Assembly (NCBI GenBank): GCA_964397155.1
Contig: CAYNHB010000001.1
Span: forward strand, 2,093-66,092
DNA: 64,000 nucleotides
Origin: an uncultured Candidatus Saccharibacteria bacterium
GTDB taxonomy: Bacteria; Patescibacteriota; Minisyncoccia; Minisyncoccales; Staskawiczbacteraceae
Direction: 5' to 3'
A model generated the notes under the pieces. The model ran no database searches. It was given only the letters and a program-made list of their open reading frames with translations, and was not told the DNA's origin. Made by a program: the position numbers and the translations under genes. Below are positions 17,776 through 27,162 of the stretch, in pieces. Numbering within the stretch: position 1 is the stretch's first letter; the number at the start of each line of letters is the position of its first letter.

Positions 17776-19026
17776 TTGATGAAGATTTGCAATATCAATT
17801 TAAGTAAAATTATAAAGCGAGCTTGCGGATTGCCTCTTTATTTGATTTATTGTCTTTCCTGTTTGGCGCCGAGGAGTAAAAGGATTTGGGTCTTTGGAAC
17901 AGAAAGGAATTTTACTGATAATTTTAAATATCTGTTTCTATATATTGCTAACAATAAAAAAGATAAAGTAAAAGCAGTATGGATTTCCCAAAGCAAAAAC
18001 CTTGCAAAACAGCTAAAAAAAGAAGATTATAATGCCTATTCGAATACATCCCTTAAAGGAATATATTATACCTTAAGAGCTAAATATTTTTTTGTTAATG
18101 AAAATTCTTCTGATATAAATTTTTGGCTTTCTGGAGGAACGAAAAAAATTGCCCTTTACCATGCCATGCCTTTTAAAAAAGTAGGGTATGACACAAAGAA
18201 AGGAAAACACAGCCATTTTTTACATCTCAAAGGGATTAAAAAAAATATATTTAGATTGCTCGCCCCATGGACGTTTGAAAAAAAAGATTTTATTATCGCC
18301 ACCTCGCCTATCTTTCAGAAAATAATGGCTTCATCTTTTTGCACTGACGAAAACAAAGTTATTATTACCGGCTCTCCGAGAAATGATATTTTTTTCAATG
18401 AAATTAAAAACTCTGAACTGGGTAATGATAAATCTATATTCTGGCAAATAAAGAATTTTAAAACTAAAGGCAAAAAGATTATATTCTATTTACCTACCTG
18501 GCGGGACACGGGAGGAGATCCATTAGAAGAAGCGAACATTAATTTTGATGCACTTAAAAAATTTTTAAATTTGAATAACGCTGTTTTTATAGCTAAGTTC
18601 CATATACGCGCAGATATAAACGAAGAAAACTGGCAAAAACTGAATTCTGAAGAATTTTTAATTTTGCCCAGCAATACTGATATTTACCAAATTCTTCCTA
18701 AGACCGATATTTTGATTACCGACTATTCTTCAGTATTTTTTGATTTTCTTTTGATAAACAGGCCAGTAATATTTTTCCCTTATGACTTTCAGAAATATAT
18801 TAGTAAAGACAGAGAATTATATTTTGATTATGATGAATTTACCCCCGGTCCGAAGGTTTATAACTTTAACGAGCTTTTAAGCCAGCTGGATCGCCTTTTA
18901 AAAGGAGAAGATGGCTATGAACAGCAAAGAGAAAAGATAAGAAGCCAATGTTTCAGCCATATTGACGGTAATTCATCTGAAAGAATTTTTAAGACAATTT
19001 ATAATGAAGCACAAATTAAAAAATAA
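17776..19026 (+). CDS. CDP-glycerol glycerophosphotransferase (TagB/TagF family)
   Basis: C-terminal motifs IFYLPTWRD and DILITDYSSVFFDFLLINRPVIFFPYD are typical of Glyphos_transf enzymes. Confidence 0.75.
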   Translation: MMKICNINLSKIIKRACGLPLYLIYCLSCLAPRSKRIWVFGTERNFTDNFKYLFLYIANNKKDKVKAVWISQSKNLAKQLKKEDYNAYSNTSLKGIYYTLRAKYFFVNENSSDINFWLSGGTKKIALYHAMPFKKVGYDTKKGKHSHFLHLKGIKKNIFRLLAPWTFEKKDFIIATSPIFQKIMASSFCTDENKVIITGSPRNDIFFNEIKNSELGNDKSIFWQIKNFKTKGKKIIFYLPTWRDTGGDPLEEANINFDALKKFLNLNNAVFIAKFHIRADINEENWQKLNSEEFLILPSNTDIYQILPKTDILITDYSSVFFDFLLINRPVIFFPYDFQKYISKDRELYFDYDEFTPGPKVYNFNELLSQLDRLLKGEDGYEQQREKIRSQCFSHIDGNSSERIFKTIYNEAQIKK

Positions 19027-19042
19027 TAATTAAAAGGTATTT

Positions 19043-19567
19043 ATGGATTGGGAATCATTTTATAAAACGGAGCATAATTTTAAAAATAGCACCTTTTCTG
19101 ACTTTGTTTTTGAACAAATCAAGGGTGATTCATTGGTTGAGCTTGGTTGCGGAGACGGGAGAGATTTAAAATTTTTTATTAAAAATGGAATTAATGCTTG
19201 TGGAATTGATAAGGCTTTTGAGGGAAGGAACATTACGAAACAAGACGTCTTAGATTTCATAAAGAACAATAATTCACCAGAATATGTTTATACAAGATTC
19301 TTCTGGCATATAGTCAACAGGGACATTCAGCTGGAGATATTAAAATGGGTTAAGGGAACATTGTTTATAGAAGCGAGAACAGCAGAAGATAGGCCGCTTA
19401 ATTTATTTACTAAGCATAAAAGATATTTAATAAACGTTTCACAATTAGTAAAAGACCTTAAAGACAATGGATTTCAAATAACATATTTGCACGAAGGAAG
19501 GGGACTTTCAGTATTAAAAGGAGAAGACCCGTACTTAGTGCGTATTGTAGCAAAAAAAGTAAATTAA
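19043..19567 (+). CDS. Class I SAM-dependent methyltransferase
   Basis: Motif I LVELGCGDGRD. 174 aa. Confidence 0.55.
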   Translation: MDWESFYKTEHNFKNSTFSDFVFEQIKGDSLVELGCGDGRDLKFFIKNGINACGIDKAFEGRNITKQDVLDFIKNNNSPEYVYTRFFWHIVNRDIQLEILKWVKGTLFIEARTAEDRPLNLFTKHKRYLINVSQLVKDLKDNGFQITYLHEGRGLSVLKGEDPYLVRIVAKKVN

Positions 19568-19574
19568 TTATATA

Positions 19575-20573
19575 ATGATTTTTGATAACAAAAAAATATT
19601 AATAACCGGCGGGGCTGGATCAGTGGGTCAGGCCCTAATAAAAGAGATATTAAAATACAGCGGAAATACCATCCGTGTTTTTGACATATCTGAAAATGAG
19701 ATATCCAAATTAAGGCATAATTTTATGGGAGAAAAAAGACTGCGTTATTTGATTGGCGATGTAAGGGACTTAAAGAGATTAGAATTAGCGATGGAAGGGA
19801 TTGATATTGTTATCCATTTAGCGGCGATGAAGCACGTATATACCTGCGAGTATAATCCTTTTGAAGCAATTAAAACAAATATAGACGGCCTGCAAAATGT
19901 TATAGATTGCGCCAGAAATGAGAATGTTGAGAAGGTGATTTTTACCAGCACTGATAAAGCAGCGCGCCCCTTAAGTGTGATGGGCATGACTAAGCTTATA
20001 GGCGAAAAACTTATTTCTTCTGCAAACTATTATAAGGGAAGTAGTACGACATCATTTGCTTCAGTGCGTTTTGGAAATGTGGCGGGGTCAAACGGATCTG
20101 TTGTGCCGATTTTTAAAAAACAAATTCTCAATAGCGAACCCTTGAGGATTACCGATATGAAAATGACCCGTTTTGTTATTACTATGCAAGAAGCGGTAAG
20201 TTTAATTTGCCAAGCCGTTCAGCTTATGCAGGGAGGAGAGGTATTTGTGTGGAAAATGAGAACATTAAAAATAACTGATTTGGCAGATTCAATGATAGGC
20301 AGATACGCAGGGGGCAGGCAGGTAGAAGTGGTTATCACCGGAAAAGTAGAGGGCGAAAAAATACATGAAGACATAATGTCATCAGAAGAGCTTTCCCGAT
20401 CGGTAGAGTTGGATAATCTTTATATTATTTTTCCAATGATTGATTACTCAAATATTAAAAGCAGATACCAGAACGCAAAGCCGGTTGAAAATCCGATTAT
20501 CGCTTCAAATATGGGGACTCACATGTCTTCAGACGAGATAAATAAATTATTAGGAGAAGAAAAAGATTTATGA
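19575..20573 (+). CDS. pseB: UDP-N-acetylglucosamine 4,6-dehydratase (inverting), PseB/FlaA1/CapD-type
   Basis: ILITGGAGSVG, YLIGDVRD, HLAAMKHV, STDKAARPLSVMGMTKLIGEKL and GNVAGSNGSVVPIFKKQI closely follow PseB throughout its length. Confidence 0.85.
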   Translation: MIFDNKKILITGGAGSVGQALIKEILKYSGNTIRVFDISENEISKLRHNFMGEKRLRYLIGDVRDLKRLELAMEGIDIVIHLAAMKHVYTCEYNPFEAIKTNIDGLQNVIDCARNENVEKVIFTSTDKAARPLSVMGMTKLIGEKLISSANYYKGSSTTSFASVRFGNVAGSNGSVVPIFKKQILNSEPLRITDMKMTRFVITMQEAVSLICQAVQLMQGGEVFVWKMRTLKITDLADSMIGRYAGGRQVEVVITGKVEGEKIHEDIMSSEELSRSVELDNLYIIFPMIDYSNIKSRYQNAKPVENPIIASNMGTHMSSDEINKLLGEEKDL

Positions 20574-21991
20574 TAAAAGTTTTATTAATTGATCCGCCAT
20601 TCCCGGAAAGGCCCTGGGATATAAATTGGCTGACGCAGTTTCCGCCCAAGGGCTTGATGTACATTGCCGCCTACCTGCGCCAGGCCGGAGTTGATGTGGA
20701 TGTTTTAGATATAAAGCAACTGCAGTTTGAAAGGCCCTCGCTTCTTTCGCGTTCAATAAGCGAGATACAGCAATTTGTAAAATATTATGTAAAGGAGCAT
20801 AATCCGGAAATTATTGGAATAACATCAACAACAATATCATATATTCCGGCGACAAAAATAGCCAAAGCAGTAAAGGAAGCGGCTCCAAACGCAAAAGTAG
20901 TTATTGGGGGGGTGCACGTTACATTTACAGCTCACGAAACTTTAACGGAGTGCCCATGGATAGATGTTGTTGTAAGGGGAGAGGGAGAGCGCCCGATACT
21001 TGAACTTGCGCAAGGCAAGACGCTTGCGCAAGTTCAAGGCATTAGTTTTAGAGAAAATGGAGAGATAATCGATAACCCAATGGGCCCATTATTAAATCCT
21101 GAGGAAATTCCTGTGCCAGCATATGATATGCTTGATATGAAAAAATACGCTTATGTTGTTTTAATGTGCACTCGGGGCTGTCCTCATAATTGCACCTTTT
21201 GTGAATTGCCTCAGGTGCATGGGAAAGGGATCCGCTGCCGTTCTTCTGAGAGAGTTTCTGAAGAGTTAGAGCTTGCTCTTTCTTTAAATCCAAATCTTGA
21301 AATTAGGTATGAAGATGAATTTATGGGCTTGTTTCCAGAACGCACAAAACAGATTTTAGATTTAGTGAAGAACAAAAGAGTTGGCCAGTTCCGGGCTGCT
21401 ACCAGACCTGATGGGCTTACAGATGAAATACTCGTTAAATTAAAGGAAGCGGGTTGCACCAATCTTTACATTGGCATGGAATCGGGCTCAGATGAGGTTT
21501 TAAAATTTAATAAGCGAGCTGTTACAGTGTCAAAAATTTTAGAGATTGCTGAAATGTTTAAGAAAAACGAAATGCTTTTTCACTCCGGGTTTATTTTAGG
21601 GCTTCCGGGAGAGAATAAACAAACACTTGAACAAACATTAGATATTGCCCTAAAGTGTTGCGATGCCACATTTGAAACAGTAAAGAAAAATTTTAAAGAG
21701 TTTCTTAGAATAATGCCGTTCAAATTAATTGTGGAAAATTCAAGAGCGGAGTTTAACTTATTGGCTCCAAATCCAGGCACAGAAATATTCCAGAACCCAG
21801 GAAAATTCAGGTATAAAATATTTCATAAGAATTGGGAGCTTTATGACTGCAATACTTCGGTTGGGGAACCCTATGATGTGAGTGCTTTGGAAATTGAAGA
21901 ATTTAAGAAAAAAGCTTTTAAGGCTGTCCAAGATAAAATGAAAGCTTACGATTTGCCAGTAAATTGGTGGGATTATGGATATAAAGGATAA
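20570..21991 (+). CDS. B12-binding (class B) radical SAM enzyme
   Basis: N-terminal B12-binding-like domain followed by the Cx3Cx2C motif RGCPHNCTFC. Confidence 0.8.
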   Translation: MIKVLLIDPPFPERPWDINWLTQFPPKGLMYIAAYLRQAGVDVDVLDIKQLQFERPSLLSRSISEIQQFVKYYVKEHNPEIIGITSTTISYIPATKIAKAVKEAAPNAKVVIGGVHVTFTAHETLTECPWIDVVVRGEGERPILELAQGKTLAQVQGISFRENGEIIDNPMGPLLNPEEIPVPAYDMLDMKKYAYVVLMCTRGCPHNCTFCELPQVHGKGIRCRSSERVSEELELALSLNPNLEIRYEDEFMGLFPERTKQILDLVKNKRVGQFRAATRPDGLTDEILVKLKEAGCTNLYIGMESGSDEVLKFNKRAVTVSKILEIAEMFKKNEMLFHSGFILGLPGENKQTLEQTLDIALKCCDATFETVKKNFKEFLRIMPFKLIVENSRAEFNLLAPNPGTEIFQNPGKFRYKIFHKNWELYDCNTSVGEPYDVSALEIEEFKKKAFKAVQDKMKAYDLPVNWWDYGYKG

Positions 21992-22919
21992 AAAAATTTT
22001 AATAACCGGCGGGGCCGGGTTTATGGGTCGGTGGACTGCAAAAAATTTGGTTGAAAAAGGCCATAAAGTTTGGATTTTAGATAATCTTTCAAATGGTTTT
22101 GAAAAAAATATTGAAGAATTTAGAAGCAAACTGCAGGGCTTTGTAATAGGAGACGTAAAAGATAAGGAAGTTCTTTTAAAATTATTTGAAAATAATTTCG
22201 ATATATGTGTTCATTTTGCCGCAGCAATAGATGTGCAAGAAAGCATTGATGACCCTGAAAAAAATTTCAACGATAATTGCCTTGGCACTTTTAACATTTT
22301 AGAACAATGCAGAAAGCACAACACAAAACTAGTTTTTGCCAGCTCTGCCTTAGTTTATAAAACATCGGAGCCTGGCTGTTTGATAAAAGAGCAAGACCCT
22401 GTTTTTTCCTCTTGCCCGTATGTTGCAAACAAGCTTTACGGAGAAAATCTTGCCATAGCTTATTTAAAAACTTACAATTTGCCTGTTGTTATTTTAAGGC
22501 CTTTCAGCATTTATGGGCCTTTTCAGAGAAGCGATTCTGAAGGAGGAGTGATGAGTATATTTATTAATAAAAAGCTTAAAGGTGATCCGCTTTTGGTTTT
22601 TGGAACAGGAGAACAGGAAAGAGATTTCTTTTATATTGAAGATTGCGCTGAATTTATTGCCAGAGCTTGTTTTGAAGACAAAGCCATAGGAGAAATTTTT
22701 AACGCCGGTTATGGGAAGGGAATAAAGATAAAGGATTTAGCTAAAAAAATAGCCGGCAACGAAGCAGAAATAAAATTTATTGAGCACCACCATCCTCATG
22801 CTGAAATAATGAATATGGCAGCTGACTGGCAAAAAGCAAAAACAATTTTGAATTGGGAACCGACAATAACTTTAGAACAAGGAATAATAAAAACAACTCA
22901 ATGGCTAAAAAACCAATAA
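21975..22919 (+). CDS. NAD-dependent sugar epimerase/dehydratase (extended SDR)
   Basis: ILITGGAGFMGRW Rossmann motif and a YxxxK region (YVANKLYGE). Confidence 0.75.
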   Translation: MDIKDKKILITGGAGFMGRWTAKNLVEKGHKVWILDNLSNGFEKNIEEFRSKLQGFVIGDVKDKEVLLKLFENNFDICVHFAAAIDVQESIDDPEKNFNDNCLGTFNILEQCRKHNTKLVFASSALVYKTSEPGCLIKEQDPVFSSCPYVANKLYGENLAIAYLKTYNLPVVILRPFSIYGPFQRSDSEGGVMSIFINKKLKGDPLLVFGTGEQERDFFYIEDCAEFIARACFEDKAIGEIFNAGYGKGIKIKDLAKKIAGNEAEIKFIEHHHPHAEIMNMAADWQKAKTILNWEPTITLEQGIIKTTQWLKNQ

Positions 22920-24022
22920 TTCCATACGGGCATCAATGGATAGATGAAGCCGACGTTAAAGAAGTTGTTAAAGCTTTGAGCTCTGATTGGCTTACTCAGG
23001 GCCCGAAAGTTGAAGAATTTGAAAAAGCACTTGCAAAATATTGCGGGGCAAAGTATGCCGTGGCAGTTTCTTCGGGCACCACAGCCTTATACGCAGCTTA
23101 TAATGTAGCTGGAATAAAGCTGAGAGATGAAATAATAACAACGCCTTTGACTTTTGCAGCTACTTCTAATATGGCGGCAATCTTGGGAGCAAAGCCGGTT
23201 TTTGTTGATATTGAGAGCGAGACTTTGAATATTGACCCGGAAAAAATAGACCAGAAAATTACAAGCAAAACAAAAGCCATAGTAACAGTAGATTTTGCCG
23301 GGCATCCTGCAGATTACGATAAAATTTTAAAAGTTGCCAAAAAGCATAATTTGCTGGTTATAGAAGATGCCTGCCACGCTTTGGGAGCTGTATATAAGAA
23401 CAAAAGAGTCGGAAGCTTAACTGATATGGCGATTTTAAGTTTCCACCCTGTAAAAAATATTACTACTGGAGAAGGCGGAGCAATTTTAACCAATAATAAA
23501 AATTTTTATGAAAAGCTTAAAATTTTTAGGCATCACGGAACAGTTAAAAAATCAGAAAAAGGTAAATGGTATTATAAAATTGAAAACCCGGGCTTTAACT
23601 GCAGAATTACTGATTTTCAATGCGCTTTGGGCACGAGTCAGCTAAAAAAAATAGGTAAGTTTTTAAAAAGAAGAAAAAAAATTGTTTCAGAATATAATAA
23701 GGCATTTAAAAATATTAAAAAAATTATACTGCCTGTTGAAAAAAATTATGCGAAGTCAGCCTGGCACATATATCCTGTTCAAATAAACGGATTGAACAGA
23801 AGAAAGGTTTTTGAGACATTGCAAAAAAAAGGAATTGGCTGCCAGGTCCATTATATGCCTCTGCACTTGCATCCGTTTTACAAAAAAAAGTTTGGGTATA
23901 AAAAAGGAGATTTTCCAAGAGCTGAGAAGTATTATGAGAGAGCAATCACCTTGCCCTTATATCCTAAAATGACCAACAAAGACGTCCAATATGTAATTAA
24001 GTCAGTTAAAAAAATAATATGA
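22901..24022 (+). CDS. DegT/DnrJ/EryC1/StrS-family PLP-dependent sugar aminotransferase (PseC/ArnB-like)
   Basis: The family N-terminus (IPYGHQWIDEADVKEVVKALSSDWLTQGPKVEEFE), SSGTTAL, and the FHPVKNITTGEGG lysine motif. Start taken at MAKKPIIPYG, overlapping the upstream gene. Confidence 0.85.
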   Translation: MAKKPIIPYGHQWIDEADVKEVVKALSSDWLTQGPKVEEFEKALAKYCGAKYAVAVSSGTTALYAAYNVAGIKLRDEIITTPLTFAATSNMAAILGAKPVFVDIESETLNIDPEKIDQKITSKTKAIVTVDFAGHPADYDKILKVAKKHNLLVIEDACHALGAVYKNKRVGSLTDMAILSFHPVKNITTGEGGAILTNNKNFYEKLKIFRHHGTVKKSEKGKWYYKIENPGFNCRITDFQCALGTSQLKKIGKFLKRRKKIVSEYNKAFKNIKKIILPVEKNYAKSAWHIYPVQINGLNRRKVFETLQKKGIGCQVHYMPLHLHPFYKKKFGYKKGDFPRAEKYYERAITLPLYPKMTNKDVQYVIKSVKKII

Positions 24023-24759
24023 GAACTGAAAAAGAACAAAATCACTCTAAAGAATTAAACCAACACTTAAATAGCCTGATAGCTCAAGAGAATAAACCTG
24101 TAATAGATATTATTAATGATTTTCCCAAATATGCTTCACGACAGACCCTTTCTCGCTTTTTGGCGCAGCATGAGTTATTTAAGATGATTTTAGATGTTAA
24201 GGGCTCTATTGTGGAATGCGGGGTTTTCAGGGGGGCAGGACTAATGACTTGGGCAAAATTATCTGCAATATATGAACCAGTAAATTATCACCGTGAAATC
24301 ATTGGGTTTGATACTTTTGCTGGTTTTCCTGATGTTGATGCTAAAGATGAAGCAGAAAATAAAAATGTTGACGCAAAAAAGGGTGGTATATCTGCAGATT
24401 CATATGATGAATTAAAAAAAGCAATAGATTTGTATGATTCAAACCGGTTTCTTTCCCACATAGAGAAAGTTAAACTAATCAAGGGAGACTTTTCAAAAAC
24501 TGGTCCGGAATTTATTGAGAAAAATCAACACCTTATAATATCTTTATTGTATTTAGACTTTGATATTTATAAACCTACGAAAGAAGCTTTAAAATTATTT
24601 TTACCAAGAATGCCGCGTGGGTCGGTTTTAGTTCTTGACCAAATAAATAATCCCAGATGGCCTGGGGAAACAGCTGCTTTGCTAGAAGAATTGGATCTGA
24701 ATAAGTATGAAATTAAAAATTTTTACTATGAACCAGATATATCTTATGTTGTTATATAA
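24019..24759 (+). CDS. TylF/MycF-family (macrocin-type) sugar O-methyltransferase
   Basis: IVECGVFRGAGLMTWA and the downstream DFD/LDQ segments fit the TylF (Methyltransf_24-like) family. Confidence 0.6.
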   Translation: MRTEKEQNHSKELNQHLNSLIAQENKPVIDIINDFPKYASRQTLSRFLAQHELFKMILDVKGSIVECGVFRGAGLMTWAKLSAIYEPVNYHREIIGFDTFAGFPDVDAKDEAENKNVDAKKGGISADSYDELKKAIDLYDSNRFLSHIEKVKLIKGDFSKTGPEFIEKNQHLIISLLYLDFDIYKPTKEALKLFLPRMPRGSVLVLDQINNPRWPGETAALLEELDLNKYEIKNFYYEPDISYVVI

Positions 24760-24767
24760 AAAATTTT

Positions 24768-25136
24768 ATGTTTAAAGTAGGAATTGATTTGATAGAAGTC
24801 AAAAGGTTTAAAAACATATCCCAAAAAAAGAAATTTTTGGAAAATGTTTTTACAGAAAAAGAATTAAAGCATTGCAAAAAAAAACCGGCAGAATCTTTGG
24901 CTGGCCGGTTCGCTGCCAAAGAAGCGACAAGAAAAACAATTGAAGATAAAATTGCTTTTAATGAAATAGAAATAACAAACGATAAAAATGGCGCGCCAGA
25001 AGTTAAGTTTTTGAACAAAAGAATAGAAAAAAAATATAAATCAATAATTAGCATTTCGCACACTCGATCGATGGCCCAGGCAGTGTGCATTACTTTCAAA
25101 AATGAGCGTCAAAAAATGCATAGTATTAGACCTTGA
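24768..25136 (+). CDS. acpS: Holo-[acyl-carrier-protein] synthase (4'-phosphopantetheinyl transferase)
   Basis: GIDLIEVKRF N-terminus and LAGRFAAKEATRK, with the small AcpS size. Confidence 0.75.
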   Translation: MFKVGIDLIEVKRFKNISQKKKFLENVFTEKELKHCKKKPAESLAGRFAAKEATRKTIEDKIAFNEIEITNDKNGAPEVKFLNKRIEKKYKSIISISHTRSMAQAVCITFKNERQKMHSIRP

Positions 25137-26148
25137 TAACACCCTTTGGGGCGGTATTGTGGGAGAGGACGGCTTTGAGGGAATTGAGTTATCTCTTGAT
25201 AAAGGGGCAGGTTTTATTGCTTTTCAGCAGGCTTTGTTGGATTTATATAACAAAGGAATAATTTTAGCTATTAATAGCCGAAATAATCATGAAGATGCCA
25301 TAAAAGTTATTAAAACTCACCCAAATATGATTTTGAGAGAAAACAATTTTGCCGCTGCGAGGATTAATTGGAATGATAAGGCAGACAATTTGAAAGAATT
25401 GGCAAAAGAAATAAATATCGGGCTTGATTCAATGGTATTTTTGGATGATGACCCGACAAATAGGGCGCTGGTCAAAGCAATTTTGCCAGAGGTTGAAACT
25501 CCAGAAATGCCCTCTGATCCTTCAGATTACGTAAAGTTTTTAATTCAGCTTCCATATTTTGATTTAGCTGCTCTGACAAATGAAGACAAAATGAGGGGGA
25601 ATTTTTATGTCACCGAAAGATTGCGCCGCGAGTCTGAAAAAATTTTTAATAACAGAGAGGATTTTTTAAAAAGCTTAAAAATGGAGATGCAGATATTCGA
25701 GGATGATCCGTCTCAGCTGGCGCGCTTAGCCCAGCTTACCAACAAAACCAATCAGTTCAATTTTAACAAGCGCGAGCTGTTAGAAAAAGATATTGCAGAT
25801 TTTATAAATAGCAAAGACTATAGGGTATTTTACGGCAGGTTAATAGATTGTTTTGGGGATTACGGAATAATTGGTTTTGCTGTTGTAAAAAAGGGTGAAG
25901 AATCCTGGCAAATTGAGCAATTTTTAATGAGTTGCAGGGCTATTGGGCGGGGGGCTGAGGAGGCATTTTTAGCAGCCATAGCAAAAACCGCAAAAAGCAG
26001 CCAAGCCAAAAGCTTATCAATAACATTTGTCCAAACCCTCAAAAACGAACCGGCAAAAGATTTTTTAGAAAAATACTTTAAAGATAATCCGGTGCTAATT
26101 GATAATATTGTTAATTCGCCGTCTTGGATAAAAAATGGAAAAATTTAA
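25102..26148 (+). CDS. FkbH-like HAD-superfamily (subfamily IIIC) enzyme
   Basis: CIVLDLDNTLWGGIVGEDG HAD motif I, a second motif VFLDDDP, and a ~350-aa length matching FkbH-like domains that load a glyceryl unit onto ACP. Confidence 0.6.
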   Translation: MSVKKCIVLDLDNTLWGGIVGEDGFEGIELSLDKGAGFIAFQQALLDLYNKGIILAINSRNNHEDAIKVIKTHPNMILRENNFAAARINWNDKADNLKELAKEINIGLDSMVFLDDDPTNRALVKAILPEVETPEMPSDPSDYVKFLIQLPYFDLAALTNEDKMRGNFYVTERLRRESEKIFNNREDFLKSLKMEMQIFEDDPSQLARLAQLTNKTNQFNFNKRELLEKDIADFINSKDYRVFYGRLIDCFGDYGIIGFAVVKKGEESWQIEQFLMSCRAIGRGAEEAFLAAIAKTAKSSQAKSLSITFVQTLKNEPAKDFLEKYFKDNPVLIDNIVNSPSWIKNGKI

Positions 26149-26365
26149 TAAAATAATTTTTGATATCTTTAAATTAACGCCGGCTAAGATTAAAGATTCC
26201 CTGACGTTAGAAGAAATTCCCGATTGGGATTCTATGAATTATTTACTGCTTATTTCTGAATTAGAAAAGCAATTTAAAGTATCTTTTAACATGGACCAGG
26301 TACTAAAGGCTAAATCTTTGGGCGATGTTAAAAATATGCTTCGTTCAAAAGGCATAGAATTATGA
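26135..26365 (+). CDS. Acyl carrier protein
   Basis: 76 aa with the EIPDWDSMNYLLLISELEKQF helix II and a DS(M) phosphopantetheine-attachment serine. Confidence 0.7.
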   Translation: MEKFNKIIFDIFKLTPAKIKDSLTLEEIPDWDSMNYLLLISELEKQFKVSFNMDQVLKAKSLGDVKNMLRSKGIEL

Positions 26366-27162
26366 AAAAAGAAAAAATTATATTTAAATATAAGGACAAG
26401 GGATTCGTTTTTTCGGACATAGTCAAAGCCATTAAAAAATCTGGGATTAAAAAAGGAGGCGTTTTAATGCTTCATGCTGATTTAGCCCGTTTTGGAAAAT
26501 TAGGAGAAATTTCTGATAAAAAAGAGTTTGCCAATGTTTTTATAGAAGCGTTTAGAGAGGCGTTGGGAGAAGAGGGAACATTGGTTGTGCCGACTTTCAC
26601 ATATTCTTTTTGCAATAATGAGGTCTATGACCCAGATAATACACCATCAAGAGTAGGATTATTTACTGAAGAATTACGCAAGAGAAAAGACGCTTTCAGA
26701 AGTATTCATCCTATATTTTCAGTTGCTGCTATCGGGAAAAAAGCTAAAGAACTAACCCAAAATATCAGCAAAAACAGTTTTGGTGAAGGTTCTGTGTATG
26801 ACAAGCTTTTAAAAATAAAAAATAGCAAATATGTGATATTTGGAGTTGATTATTTTAGTTGTACTCAGGTTCATTATATTGAAGAAAAACTGAGAGCGCC
26901 TTATAGATACGTAAAAAAATTTAAAGGGAAAATAAAAGAAAAAGGCAAAATATATAATGACGAATATGAATATTATGTCAGGCCCTTGGATGAAAGTGTA
27001 GTTCCTGATTTTGATAAAATTGAAAACCATCTTTTAAATGCTGGTTTTCTCAAAAAAACAGCCCTCGGTAATGATTTTATAAGCGTTACTAAGATTAGTG
27101 ATATCTGCAAGGAGGGAACAAAAATGTTTAAAAAAGACCCAAATTTTTTCTTAAAAATATGA
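26362..27162 (+). CDS. AAC(3)-family (Antibiotic_NAT fold) N-acyltransferase
   Basis: GGVLMLHADLARFG and TLVVPTFTYSF match aminoglycoside 3-N-acetyltransferase-family motifs. Here it is embedded in a sugar pathway next to an ACP. Confidence 0.65.
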   Translation: MKKEKIIFKYKDKGFVFSDIVKAIKKSGIKKGGVLMLHADLARFGKLGEISDKKEFANVFIEAFREALGEEGTLVVPTFTYSFCNNEVYDPDNTPSRVGLFTEELRKRKDAFRSIHPIFSVAAIGKKAKELTQNISKNSFGEGSVYDKLLKIKNSKYVIFGVDYFSCTQVHYIEEKLRAPYRYVKKFKGKIKEKGKIYNDEYEYYVRPLDESVVPDFDKIENHLLNAGFLKKTALGNDFISVTKISDICKEGTKMFKKDPNFFLKI

